Origin: Nitrospirota bacterium
GTDB lineage: Bacteria; Nitrospirota; Thermodesulfovibrionia; Thermodesulfovibrionales; Dissulfurispiraceae
Length of the DNA: 64,000 nt
NCBI GenBank assembly: GCA_040758355.1
Contig: JBFLWF010000001.1
Coordinates: 128,001-192,000 of the forward strand
Direction of reading: 5' to 3'
Positions 38,355-47,938 of the stretch are shown here, piece by piece (within the stretch, counting starts at the first letter, position 1; every line of letters starts with the position of its first letter). A program made the translations under genes and the position numbers. Below the pieces are notes generated by a model. It saw nothing but the letters and a program-made list of their open reading frames with translations, was not told where the DNA came from and made no database searches.

Positions 38355-38909
38355 ATGAAAAGAAAACAATACATGACTCACAAAAGCTACCAAAGAGGAG
38401 TTGTATTGCGGATTGTCCTGATATGCGCCATAGGTCTACTCATAAATCTCGGCATTTTTAACTTTCTTTCGTATAGAGAGGTCGAATCATTGAGATGGAG
38501 AATGCATATCCCTGTAAATACAATCGGCGATATTATCGGACAATATCTTATATATTCGACTATCCCATCTGTAGCCTTTGTAGCGATAGCACTCTTAATA
38601 TATTTCAGGTATCTAATAAAGAATACCGACCGGATGTTATACGGCTTGAAAAACGATATCGAGAAGGTAGCAGACGGAGACCTTTCGTTTAATGTCTCAT
38701 TAGATAAAAGAGACGATTTTAAGAATATATCCGGCGGTTGCAGCAGGATGATAGGTTCTTTCAGGGATAAGTTCTCGTTATTAAAACTAAAAATGCATGA
38801 CATGAATGGAATATTAGAAAGCCTTGAACATGTAAAGGATAAACAAGCCCTAATCCAAAAGACTCAGCTATTAATAGATACCCTTGAGCATCTTGAGAAG
38901 GAAGTCTGA
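38355..38909 (+). CDS. Two-TM HAMP-domain protein
   Basis: MKRKQY start, two TM helices, then KVADGDLSFNVSLDKRDDF (HAMP) and a coiled coil. Confidence 0.7.
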   Translation: MKRKQYMTHKSYQRGVVLRIVLICAIGLLINLGIFNFLSYREVESLRWRMHIPVNTIGDIIGQYLIYSTIPSVAFVAIALLIYFRYLIKNTDRMLYGLKNDIEKVADGDLSFNVSLDKRDDFKNISGGCSRMIGSFRDKFSLLKLKMHDMNGILESLEHVKDKQALIQKTQLLIDTLEHLEKEV

Positions 38910-38945
38910 ATAAGCATTCTGTTTTAAGTTATAATAAAAATTGCC

Positions 38946-40385
38946 ATGAAAAACCATCCAAGGCTGGTCATTGCCGGAGTCAGAGGCGGCAGCGGAAAAA
39001 CAACCCTCTCCCTCGGCATAATTGCTGCGTTAAGATCCCGGAAAGGTCTGAAGGTCATTCCATTTAAAAAAGGCCCTGATTTCATAGATGCAGGATGGAT
39101 GTCTGTTGCTGCAAAGAACCCATGCTATAATCTCGACCCTTTTCTTATATCGAAGGAAAAGGTTCTGGAATCCTTCATATCACATTTTACTGGCGACATA
39201 GCAATTATAGAAGGCAACAGGGGATTATATGATGGCATGGATACAGAAGGCTCATACAGCACTGCAGAACTGTCAAAGCTTCTAAAATCCTCTGTCATAC
39301 TGATTGTTGACTGCACAAAGATGACGAGGACAGCAGCAGCCGTGGTATTGGGCTGCATGAATCTCGACAGGGATGTCAACATAAAGGGTGTTGTTTTAAA
39401 TCAGGTGGCAGGCAGCCGTCATGAATCAGTGGTGCGCTCATCCATAGAAAAGCATTGCTCATTGCCTGTGCTCGGTGCGATACCGAGATTGAATTCAGGA
39501 GAGTTCCCCGAGCGCCATATGGGCTTAACACCATACCAGGAGCATCATGACACAGGGAATGCACTTTCATTCGTGGAAGACATAGCAAATAAATATCTTG
39601 ACCTTGACAGGATTTTGAGCATAGCAATGGAAGCAGAACCGATAAATAACAGGCACGAGGCTATAGGCTATAGGCAAAAGGCAAAAACCGAAATGCAGGA
39701 TGTAAGTTCCTCATTGCCCATGGCCCATAGCCTATCGCCTGCCGTAAGGATTGGAGTAATAAGGGACTCTGCTTTCCAGTTTTATTATCCTGAAAATATC
39801 GAAGAGCTTGAAAAAAACGGTGCAGAGATTATTGAGGTAAACGCCCTTGAGGATGATCGCCTGCCTGATATCGATGCCCTTTACATAGGAGGAGGCTTCC
39901 CTGAGACAAATGCCATAAGGCTTGCAGAAAATGAAGACTTCAGGGACTCTGTTCTCAATTCAGCAGAAAAGGGTCTTCCCATTTATGCAGAGTGCGGAGG
40001 ACTTATGTTTTTGGGAGACTCCATTATAGTTGACGGCAGGAAATATCCTATGGTAGGTATTTTCCCAATAACCTTTGAAATGAAGAAAAAACCACAAGCG
40101 CATGGCTACACAATCGTTGAAGTAGAAAAAGAGAACCCATTTTATCCTGTAGGAACAGTGCTGCACGGACATGAGTTTCATTATTCTGCTGTTGCCAGCA
40201 TATCAGAAAACGACAGTGCATTTACAGCCTTTAGAATGAAGAGGGGGCATGGCATAAAGAATAAAATGGACGGGATATGTTATAAGAATGTCTTTGCAAC
40301 TTATACGCATATACATGCCCTCGGTGCGGAAGAATGGGTGAGAGGACTTATAAATAAGGCAAAGGAGTTCAAGAAGGCAAAATGA
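38946..40385 (+). CDS. dsrN: DsrN siroheme amidase (CbiA/CobB paralogue)
   Basis: GGSGKTT, KKGPDFID, EGNRGLYDG, YAECGG and GHEFHYS. It sits in the dsr cluster while a separate cbiA lies in the cob cluster. Confidence 0.85.
   Translation: MKNHPRLVIAGVRGGSGKTTLSLGIIAALRSRKGLKVIPFKKGPDFIDAGWMSVAAKNPCYNLDPFLISKEKVLESFISHFTGDIAIIEGNRGLYDGMDTEGSYSTAELSKLLKSSVILIVDCTKMTRTAAAVVLGCMNLDRDVNIKGVVLNQVAGSRHESVVRSSIEKHCSLPVLGAIPRLNSGEFPERHMGLTPYQEHHDTGNALSFVEDIANKYLDLDRILSIAMEAEPINNRHEAIGYRQKAKTEMQDVSSSLPMAHSLSPAVRIGVIRDSAFQFYYPENIEELEKNGAEIIEVNALEDDRLPDIDALYIGGGFPETNAIRLAENEDFRDSVLNSAEKGLPIYAECGGLMFLGDSIIVDGRKYPMVGIFPITFEMKKKPQAHGYTIVEVEKENPFYPVGTVLHGHEFHYSAVASISENDSAFTAFRMKRGHGIKNKMDGICYKNVFATYTHIHALGAEEWVRGLINKAKEFKKAK
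39651..39740. repeat. Opposed heptamer arrays in the DsrN interdomain linker
   Basis: AGGCACG AGGCTAT AGGCTAT AGGCAAA AGGCAAA ... ATTGCCC ATGGCCC ATAGCCT ATCGCCT, in frame. Confidence 0.88.
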
Positions 40386-41425
40386 ATAAATATCCGCCTG
40401 AATGTCCGTTTTGCGGACGGCATATTGTTCGTCCCGAGACAACAAGGACCGAATTCGGAGAAGTTTTGAGCGGTAGATGCAACTGTGGTGCGGTCTATGT
40501 GTGCGATCCCACCGGGCATAATGCAGGCGAGGCATACATGGAAGCCATGGCAATGGCAAAGGGGGACTGGGATATAGGCCTGATGGATGAAGATATGGAC
40601 TACCAGACCGAGGATATGGATTACGACTTGAAGAACCATATGAGGCTTTATTCAGCAGGCATGGGCGAGACGCGGGGAAAGCTTATCTTTGTAAAACTCA
40701 AGAGGCCTGATGCACAGCAATCGCAACCTGCGGAGATACCATCGAAAACAGCATCTGTGTCGGAAGATAGAGGTAAAAAAGGCGATCTGAAGGAAAGGAT
40801 TAAGGATGCCCTCAGTGCCCGATCCTACGACGAGATTACAGACATGGCAAGGAGGGATAAAGGCGTGATACGGCGTCTCATATCCCTCGCATACGATAAG
40901 GACGATGTCATGGGCTGGAGGGCCATAGAGGCAATGGGATATGTAGCAGGCGAGTTGTCAAAACAAAGGATCGATATTGTAAGAGATACCATAAGGAGAC
41001 TTCTATGGTCTATGGGAGAGGAGTCCGGCGGCATTGGATGGAGCGCTGCAGAGATGATTGGAGAGATCGTCAGGAGCAATCCCGACCAATTTACCGACAT
41101 TGTTCCAATTGTCTGGTCTTTCCATGAAGAGGAGATGTTCAGGGAAGGAACAGTCTGGGCGATGGGACGGATAGCTTCTGTGAGGCCTGACCTCGTGAAA
41201 TTTATATTAAAGGATATACAGGGCATGTTAACAGACAAAAACCCTGCTGTCAGGGGATATGCCGCATGGGTTATAGGCATCCTAAGAGAGGACGGTTTCT
41301 TGGGAGATATCAATAAACTCACATCCGATAACAGCACCGTGAATTTTTATCAGGAAGGCGAACTGACAAGGAAGACGGTTGCCGAAATAGTTAAAGCAGC
41401 AATGAACAAGATAACTCATAAATAG
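40382..41425 (+). CDS. Cys-rich N-terminal domain + HEAT-repeat protein (DVU0298-like)
   Basis: CPFC...CNCGAVYVCD, then RRLLWSMGEESGGIGW and helical repeats. Overlaps the dsrN stop. Confidence 0.7.
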   Translation: MNKYPPECPFCGRHIVRPETTRTEFGEVLSGRCNCGAVYVCDPTGHNAGEAYMEAMAMAKGDWDIGLMDEDMDYQTEDMDYDLKNHMRLYSAGMGETRGKLIFVKLKRPDAQQSQPAEIPSKTASVSEDRGKKGDLKERIKDALSARSYDEITDMARRDKGVIRRLISLAYDKDDVMGWRAIEAMGYVAGELSKQRIDIVRDTIRRLLWSMGEESGGIGWSAAEMIGEIVRSNPDQFTDIVPIVWSFHEEEMFREGTVWAMGRIASVRPDLVKFILKDIQGMLTDKNPAVRGYAAWVIGILREDGFLGDINKLTSDNSTVNFYQEGELTRKTVAEIVKAAMNKITHK

Positions 41426-41578
41426 AATAAATAAAAATATAATATTATTTTATTTGACCTGACCTTCGGGTCTATATTATTTTCTTACCACTTTTGTTTT
41501 TTTTGATTTTGAATAAAAGCCATCAAAGTAGTATAATTACAGTCTTCAGCAATTAAAACAAAGAAAGGAGGTAGCACA

Positions 41579-41914
41579 ATGCCAACAATTGATTTTCAGG
41601 GAAAACAAATTGAGGTGGACGAGGACGGGTATCTTGTAAATCTTGATGACTGGCAGAAGGATCTCGGTATCCAGATGGCTAAGGGAGATGGCTTGGATCT
41701 TACCGAAGCCCACTGGGAGGTTATCAACTTCCTCAGAGATTACTATGCAAAGTACCAGATTGCTCCGATGATAAAGATCCTCGTGAAAGAGATCGCCAAG
41801 GTCATGGGCCCGGAGAAAGGTAACACAAAATACCTCTACGAACTCTTCCCGGACGGACCTGCAAAACAGGCATGTAGGTACGCAGGACTTCCAAAGCCGA
41901 CAGGTTGCGTATAG
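41579..41914 (+). CDS. dsrC: DsrC sulfur carrier
   Basis: EVDEDGYL, HWEVINFLRDYY and a C-terminus with both cysteines, CRYAGLPKPTGCV. Confidence 0.96.
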   Translation: MPTIDFQGKQIEVDEDGYLVNLDDWQKDLGIQMAKGDGLDLTEAHWEVINFLRDYYAKYQIAPMIKILVKEIAKVMGPEKGNTKYLYELFPDGPAKQACRYAGLPKPTGCV

Positions 41915-42007
41915 TTCCCAAAATAATGTTTAAGGTTTGGTGCCCCTGTGATATTTCATTCGGGGTACCATCCTTGAACCAAATAAAAACAGATATGCAA
42001 CCCAGAT

Positions 42008-42637
42008 ATGCAACAATTGAACAGTCCATTTGAACGGGGAGGAGGGGTGTCATCTTTACAGAGTATTAGGAGTCTGAATGAACTTCTGTCAGAAAAAAAG
42101 CAGGCCATCTTAGAAAAATGGTTTGACTCGGTATTAGAGACGTATCCTCACGACACTGCTAAATTCCTCAAGAGACAAAAAGACCAATTTGCCAACCCGG
42201 TAGGGAGCACCATTTACAAAGGGATGGGTTCTCTTCTCGATTTGATTGTAAACAGCGCCGATGCAGATAACATAACAAAATCCCTTGACGAGATTATAAG
42301 GATAAGGGCGATTCAGGATTTTACACCTTCACATGCCCTTGCCTTTGTTGTCGAGCTCAAGAGGATCGTCAGGGAAGAAATAAAAGGCGAGACCTGCGCA
42401 TCGCAATTAATCGATGAATTGCCGGAATTTGATCGCAGGGTAGATAGTCTTTTACTGCTGTCCTTCGACATATATATGAAATGCAGGGAAAAGATTTACG
42501 AGCTTAAGGCCAATGAACTCAGGAACATGACGTCCAAGCTCGTGGAAAGGGCAAACCGTATATTCGAGGCAAAGTATCGCAACGTTGACCTTGAAGATAT
42601 AATTTCACAAGGCAATAAAACAGAAAGAGGTGAGTAG
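42008..42637 (+). CDS. dsrT: DsrT (RsbRD-N domain protein)
   Basis: WFDSVLETY, DQFANPVG, IRIRAIQDFTPS and FDIYMKCREKIYE; immediately upstream of dsrM. Confidence 0.88.
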   Translation: MQQLNSPFERGGGVSSLQSIRSLNELLSEKKQAILEKWFDSVLETYPHDTAKFLKRQKDQFANPVGSTIYKGMGSLLDLIVNSADADNITKSLDEIIRIRAIQDFTPSHALAFVVELKRIVREEIKGETCASQLIDELPEFDRRVDSLLLLSFDIYMKCREKIYELKANELRNMTSKLVERANRIFEAKYRNVDLEDIISQGNKTERGE

Positions 42638-43630
42638 ATGAAGATCTTGTTTCCATTTTTCGCAGTAATATCGCTTGTCCTGCTTGCCGTAGTCGGTGTA
42701 AAGGGAGCCAATCTGCACTTCCTTTTCGGAGTTGTTGTTCCCTATGCCGCTGTTTTTACTTTTATCATAGGGGTTATATATCGCGTTTTAAAATGGGCTA
42801 AGTCGCCCGTGCCGTTCTCCATAGCAACCACATGCGGACAGCAAAAGACCCTTCCGTGGATCAAACAGAACAAGCTCGAAAACCCTTCGAGCACATTGCA
42901 TGTTATAGGCAGGATGGCATTGGAGGTGCTTCTTTTCAGGTCGCTGTTCAGGAACATTAAGGGGGAACTGAAAGACAGTTCACGGCTTATTTACGGTTCC
43001 GACAAGTGGTTATGGCTTGCAGGCATTGCATTCCATTATTCTTTCTTGATCGTTTTGCTGAGACATATAAGACTATTTGCCGAGCCCGCACCTTTTTATC
43101 TCCATCTCTTTGAGACCTTTGACGGCTTTTTGCAGATAGGCATTCCGAGGCTTTTCATGACAGGTGTAATACTGCTTGCAGCCGTAACATTCCTCTTTAT
43201 CAGAAGGCTCTATATCCCGCAGGTGCGCTACATCTCCCTTGCAGCAGATTATTTCCCCCTCTTCCTGATAATCGGAATTGCTACGACAGGAATACTGATG
43301 AGGTATTTCTTGAAAACCGATATAGTAGGAGTGAAAGAACTCACTATGGGATTGGTGAGCCTTAGTCCTGTTATCCCGGAAGGGGTCGGTGCGGTATTCT
43401 ATGTCCACCTGCTGCTTGTGAGCATGTTGTTCGCATATTTTCCGTTCAGCAAGCTGATGCATATGGGCGGAGTCTTCCTCAGCCCCACAAGGAACCTCAC
43501 CGGCAACAGCCGTGAATACAGGCGCATCAATCCATGGAACTACCCTGTTGAGGTACACACCTACGAGGAATACGAGGAAGAATTCAGGGATAAAATGAAA
43601 ATGGCTGAAATACCTGTGGAAAAGGAGTAA
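42638..43630 (+). CDS. dsrM: DsrM (b-type cytochrome, NarI-like)
   Basis: WAKSPVPF.I.TTCGQQ, LFRSLFRN and YFPFSKLMHMGGVFLSPTRN. Confidence 0.95.
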   Translation: MKILFPFFAVISLVLLAVVGVKGANLHFLFGVVVPYAAVFTFIIGVIYRVLKWAKSPVPFSIATTCGQQKTLPWIKQNKLENPSSTLHVIGRMALEVLLFRSLFRNIKGELKDSSRLIYGSDKWLWLAGIAFHYSFLIVLLRHIRLFAEPAPFYLHLFETFDGFLQIGIPRLFMTGVILLAAVTFLFIRRLYIPQVRYISLAADYFPLFLIIGIATTGILMRYFLKTDIVGVKELTMGLVSLSPVIPEGVGAVFYVHLLLVSMLFAYFPFSKLMHMGGVFLSPTRNLTGNSREYRRINPWNYPVEVHTYEEYEEEFRDKMKMAEIPVEKE

Positions 43631-43632
43631 AT

Positions 43633-45243
43633 ATGGCAAAGTTTACCGCAAAACCTGCTGAACTGTTAAAAATTGACTTTAAAACACCAAAGACGGATTG
43701 GATGGATACCCCAGTTGAAATCAGGGAGCATATGTACTGTCATCCCTCAAAGGCAAAGGATCTCGAGACTGTCGGCTTTCCGAATATCCACGAATGGAGA
43801 CCGGTCGATGAGAATTGGAACCTTCCTGAAAACTGGAAAGAGACAGTCATAAACGGCATAAAGGAAAGGCTCCAGAAATACCGCTCATTCCATGTCTTTA
43901 TGGATATCTGCGTGAGATGCGGCGCATGTGCCGATAAGTGCCATTTCTATCTCGGCACCGGCGATCCCAAAAATATGCCTGTTTTGAGGGCAGAGCTCCT
44001 GAGGTCGGTGTACAGGAAATATTTCACCACCGGAGGAAAAATATTCGGAAAGACAGCCGGAGCGAGGGAGCTGACAGAGGATGTATTGAAAGAACTCTGG
44101 TATTACTACTACCAGTGCACTGAATGCCGCCGCTGTTCCGTATTCTGTCCTTATGGCATCGACCAGGCAGAAATTACCATGATAGGCAGGGAGCTCACCA
44201 ATCTCCTCGGCTTACAGTTAGGCTGGATTGCAGGGCCTGTCGCAAACTGCTACATGAAAGGCAACCACCTCGGTCTTGAGCCCCATACCATCAAGAGCAA
44301 TATCGAAATGATGCTCGATGATATTGAGACCATAACAGGCGTAAGGATTAACCCTACATTTAACAGAAAGGGCGCAGAAATCCTGTTTGTTACACCTTCA
44401 GGCGACCTGTTTGCTATGCCGGGCATTTATACCGCTATGGGATACCTTATGCTCTTTCACGAACTCGGACTCGACTATACATGGAGTACATATGCATCGG
44501 AAGGCGGAAACTTCGGCTTTTTCACATCAAACGAGATGGCGAAAAGGCTCAATTCCAAGATTTACGCCGAGGCCAAGAGATTAGGCGTAAAGTGGATACT
44601 CGGCGGCGAGTGCGGCCATATGTGGAGGGTGCTGCACCAGTATATGGATACATGGAACGGTCCTGCAGATTTCCTCGAAGTGCCCAAGTCTCCAATAACT
44701 GGAACTGTATTTGAGAATGCAAAGTCATTAAAGATGACTCATGTCATAGAGTTTGCAGCGGACCTGATAAAACACGGCAAGCTTAAGATCGATCCGAGCA
44801 GGAACGACCATCTTAAGGTGACCTTCCATGACTCCTGCAATGTTTCCCGCGGTATGGGAATGTTCGAGGAGCCGAGGTATGTCATCAAAAATATTTGCAA
44901 CCATTTCTATGAAATGCCGGAAAATACTATCAGGGAAAAGACCTTCTGCTGCGGAAGCGGCACCGGCCTGAATGCCTCTGAAAATATGGAATTAAGGATG
45001 AGGGGGGGATTGCCGAGGGCAAATGCGGTTAAATATGTTCGCGATCAGCACGGCGTAAACATGCTCGCAAATATTTGCGCTATTGACAGGGCGACCCTTT
45101 CTGCATCAATGGATTACTGGGTGCCTGGTACGGCTGTTGCCGGAATCCATGAACTCATTGGCAATGCACTGGTGATGAAGGGAGAAAAGGAGAGGACCAC
45201 CGACTTGCGCGGTGAACCACTTCCTGGAAAGGAGGGCGCTTAA
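43633..45243 (+). CDS. dsrK: DsrK (HdrD-like Fe-S protein)
   Basis: CVRCGACADKCH, CTECRRCSVFCP, GECGH, FHDSCN and a CCG domain. Confidence 0.96.
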   Translation: MAKFTAKPAELLKIDFKTPKTDWMDTPVEIREHMYCHPSKAKDLETVGFPNIHEWRPVDENWNLPENWKETVINGIKERLQKYRSFHVFMDICVRCGACADKCHFYLGTGDPKNMPVLRAELLRSVYRKYFTTGGKIFGKTAGARELTEDVLKELWYYYYQCTECRRCSVFCPYGIDQAEITMIGRELTNLLGLQLGWIAGPVANCYMKGNHLGLEPHTIKSNIEMMLDDIETITGVRINPTFNRKGAEILFVTPSGDLFAMPGIYTAMGYLMLFHELGLDYTWSTYASEGGNFGFFTSNEMAKRLNSKIYAEAKRLGVKWILGGECGHMWRVLHQYMDTWNGPADFLEVPKSPITGTVFENAKSLKMTHVIEFAADLIKHGKLKIDPSRNDHLKVTFHDSCNVSRGMGMFEEPRYVIKNICNHFYEMPENTIREKTFCCGSGTGLNASENMELRMRGGLPRANAVKYVRDQHGVNMLANICAIDRATLSASMDYWVPGTAVAGIHELIGNALVMKGEKERTTDLRGEPLPGKEGA

Positions 45244-45244
45244 C

Positions 45245-45643
45245 ATGTATAATGGCGGGAAAATTTTAATAGGGATAATCATCTTTGTGCTTTTTGCAAC
45301 ATTCCCCTTTTACAATAATGCAGGCAAGGTCAGCGCAAAACCCGAGCCTAAACTGGATACCCCTGTTATTCAGCAATTGGCTGAAAAGAAGTGCGTGGAG
45401 CCAAAGGAATTTATGAAGGCAGAACATATGCAGTTGTTGGATGACTGGAGGGATTCTGCCATCCGGGAAGGCAAGAGGGTATATATAAACTCAGAGGGCA
45501 AGGAGTTCAGGATAAGTCTTCAGAATACATGTATGAACTGCCATTCCAACAAGAAGGAGTTTTGCGATAAGTGCCACAACTATGCAGCAGTAAAACCTTA
45601 CTGCTGGACCTGTCATATCGAGCCAAAGGAGAAACAGTTATGA
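45245..45643 (+). CDS. dsrJ: DsrJ triheme cytochrome c
   Basis: Start MYNGGK after a GGAGG RBS; HMQLLDDWRD, CMNCH, CDKCH and CWTCH. Confidence 0.95.
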   Translation: MYNGGKILIGIIIFVLFATFPFYNNAGKVSAKPEPKLDTPVIQQLAEKKCVEPKEFMKAEHMQLLDDWRDSAIREGKRVYINSEGKEFRISLQNTCMNCHSNKKEFCDKCHNYAAVKPYCWTCHIEPKEKQL

Positions 45644-46455
45644 GCATGGATAGAAGACAATTCTTAAAAATAGCTGGACTTTCGACAATTGGAATAGGTG
45701 CAGGGTGGATACTCAGCAGGCCCGGAGAGTTCCTTGAGGCCTCCCAATTCTTACAGACAAAGGAACTCCTGAAGGCAAAGCAGTGGGCAATGGTTGTTGA
45801 TATGAGGAAGTTCAAGACAGAGGAAGACTACAAAAAGGTCATCGATGCATGCCATAAAATTCATAATGTCCCGGATTTCGGCAACCCGAAGGACGAGATC
45901 AAGTGGATATGGTCAGATACCTTTGAGCATGCATTCCCCGGGCAGGAAAGCGAGTTTATGCCCGAGCAAATGAAGCACAAGCCCTTTGTTCTCCTCTGCA
46001 ACCACTGTGAAAACCCTCCATGCGTAAGGGTTTGCCCCACAAAGGCCACATTCAAGAGAAAAGACGGCATCACAATGCAGGATCTCCACAGATGCATCGG
46101 ATGCAGATACTGCATGGCAGCCTGTCCCTTTGGAGCAAGGAGCTTCAATTACAGGGATCCAAAACCGGCCATTAAAGAGCCGAATCCCGAATATCCCACA
46201 AGGATGATAGGTGTCGTGGAGAAGTGCACATTCTGCGAAGAGAGGCTCGCTAAAGGCCAGATGCCTGCATGCGTGGAGGCATCCAACGGTGCATTGGCCT
46301 TCGGAGATATTTCAGACCCAAATTCCGAGGTCAGGAAAATCCTAAATGCCAATTATACCATCAGGAGAAAGGCCGAACTCGGAACGCGCCCAAGTGTTTA
46401 TTACATATTAGACATACCAACTTCAGTTGTATCGGGAGGTGAAAGCAATGCTTGA
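45640..46455 (+). CDS. dsrO: DsrO periplasmic Fe-S protein
   Basis: Tat motif DRRQFLK; CNHCENPPCVRVCP, CIGCRYCMAACP and KCTFC. Confidence 0.95.
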   Translation: MSMDRRQFLKIAGLSTIGIGAGWILSRPGEFLEASQFLQTKELLKAKQWAMVVDMRKFKTEEDYKKVIDACHKIHNVPDFGNPKDEIKWIWSDTFEHAFPGQESEFMPEQMKHKPFVLLCNHCENPPCVRVCPTKATFKRKDGITMQDLHRCIGCRYCMAACPFGARSFNYRDPKPAIKEPNPEYPTRMIGVVEKCTFCEERLAKGQMPACVEASNGALAFGDISDPNSEVRKILNANYTIRRKAELGTRPSVYYILDIPTSVVSGGESNA

Positions 46456-47620
46456 GAAGGCGTTAGTCGGAAGTAAAAGATATTGGACATGGATATTCTT
46501 CTTGCTCGGCGTTGTGGGCATAGGCTTTATCACATATCTTCAGCAGTTTAAATTGGGTTTGGGAATAACAGGACTGAGCAGGGATGTTTCATGGGGACTG
46601 TACATAGGGCAGTTCACATTCCTCGTCGGTGTGGCTGCTTCTGCAGTTATGCTTGTTATCCCTTATTACCTGCACGACTTCAAGAAATTCAGCAAGATCG
46701 TTATCCTTGGAGAGTTTCTTGCTGTCTCTGCGGTGACAATGTGTATCCTCTTTATATTTGTTGACATGGGACAGCCGATGAGGATAATGAACGTCATGCT
46801 CCATCCTACTCCCAACTCCGTAATGTTCTGGGACAGCGTTGTATTGGGCGGATATTTAGGTTTAAATATAATAATAGGCTGGGCAACACTGCATGCTGAT
46901 AAAAAGGGGACAATGCCTGCTGCGTGGGTAAAGCCCCTCATATATCTCTCCATACCATGGGCTGTCAGCATTCATACCGTCACTGCTTTCCTGTATGCAG
47001 GACTTCCCGGAAGGCATTTCTGGCTGAGCGCAATCATGGCTGCCCGATTCCTGGCATCGGCATTTGCAGGAGGTCCGGCACTTCTCATAATCCTCGCATT
47101 GATTGTCAGGAAGTTCACGAAGTTCGATCCCGGCAAGGAGGCGATTCAGGCCATAGGCAAGATCGTCACATATGCGATGATTGCAAACGTGTTTTTCCTA
47201 TTGCTCGAAATCTTTACTGCTGCCTACAGCACCATACCGGGGCATACACATCCTTTCAAATATCTGTATTTCGGTCTTGAAGGGCATGCAAGGCTTGTCC
47301 CTCTGATGTGGACATCATCCATCCTTGCAATAGTATCCCTTGTGCTTCTCATATTCCCGGCCATAAGGAGGAATGAGAGCATGCTGGCACTTGCATGCAT
47401 ATCATTATTCGTATCCTTATGGATAGACAAAGGATTCGGTCTGATCATCGGCGGCTTTGTGCCCAACATGTTCGAAAAGGTCACAGAATACTGGCCAACA
47501 CTGCCGGAGACCATAATTACCATCAGTGTGTGGGCAGTCGGCTTTCTGGTTCTTACCATACTCTATAAGGTGGCTGTTTCTGTCAGGGAAGAGACAGCGG
47601 GAGTTGAGCTGGAGCACTGA
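46448..47620 (+). CDS. dsrP: DsrP (NrfD-family membrane protein)
   Basis: MLEKAL start, SRDVSWGLYIGQFTFLVGVAASA and WAVSIHTVTAF. Confidence 0.95.
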   Translation: MLEKALVGSKRYWTWIFFLLGVVGIGFITYLQQFKLGLGITGLSRDVSWGLYIGQFTFLVGVAASAVMLVIPYYLHDFKKFSKIVILGEFLAVSAVTMCILFIFVDMGQPMRIMNVMLHPTPNSVMFWDSVVLGGYLGLNIIIGWATLHADKKGTMPAAWVKPLIYLSIPWAVSIHTVTAFLYAGLPGRHFWLSAIMAARFLASAFAGGPALLIILALIVRKFTKFDPGKEAIQAIGKIVTYAMIANVFFLLLEIFTAAYSTIPGHTHPFKYLYFGLEGHARLVPLMWTSSILAIVSLVLLIFPAIRRNESMLALACISLFVSLWIDKGFGLIIGGFVPNMFEKVTEYWPTLPETIITISVWAVGFLVLTILYKVAVSVREETAGVELEH

Positions 47621-47694
47621 TAAGGCAGAAAATATTGGACATTTTTTGGTTAAATTTTTTAGATTATAAGGATTATTTTACAGGAGGTGATTAA

Positions 47695-47880
47695 ATGTAT
47701 CTCGTAGCAGTTGATGCCGCAAAGTGCGAAGGATGCGAGGAGTGCGTCAATAACTGTCCACAGGCTGTATTCAGGATGATGGATGGAAAGTCCGACCCTT
47801 ATCAGTCATCCGAATGTGTTTTCTGCGAGACATGCTTGCAGGTATGTGCACCTGGTGCAATTACCATAACCGAGATGTAA
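47695..47880 (+). CDS. 2[4Fe-4S] ferredoxin
   Basis: CEGCEECVNNCP and CVFCETCLQVC; strong AGGAGG RBS. Confidence 0.9.
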   Translation: MYLVAVDAAKCEGCEECVNNCPQAVFRMMDGKSDPYQSSECVFCETCLQVCAPGAITITEM

Positions 47881-47886
47881 GAGAGC

Positions 47887-47930
47887 AATAAAAAAGGGCG
47901 TCCCGAATATTCGGGACGCCCTTTTTTATT
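47887..47930. terminator. Bidirectional terminator
   Basis: Perfect palindrome AATAAAAAAGGGCGTCCCGAATATTCGGGACGCCCTTTTTTATT between convergent genes. Confidence 0.92.
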
Positions 47931-47938
47931 TTGCCTAA

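Noticed and set aside
38946..40385. A second cobalamin cbiA/cobB
   Set aside because: The dsr context and the separate cbiA in the cob operon point to DsrN.
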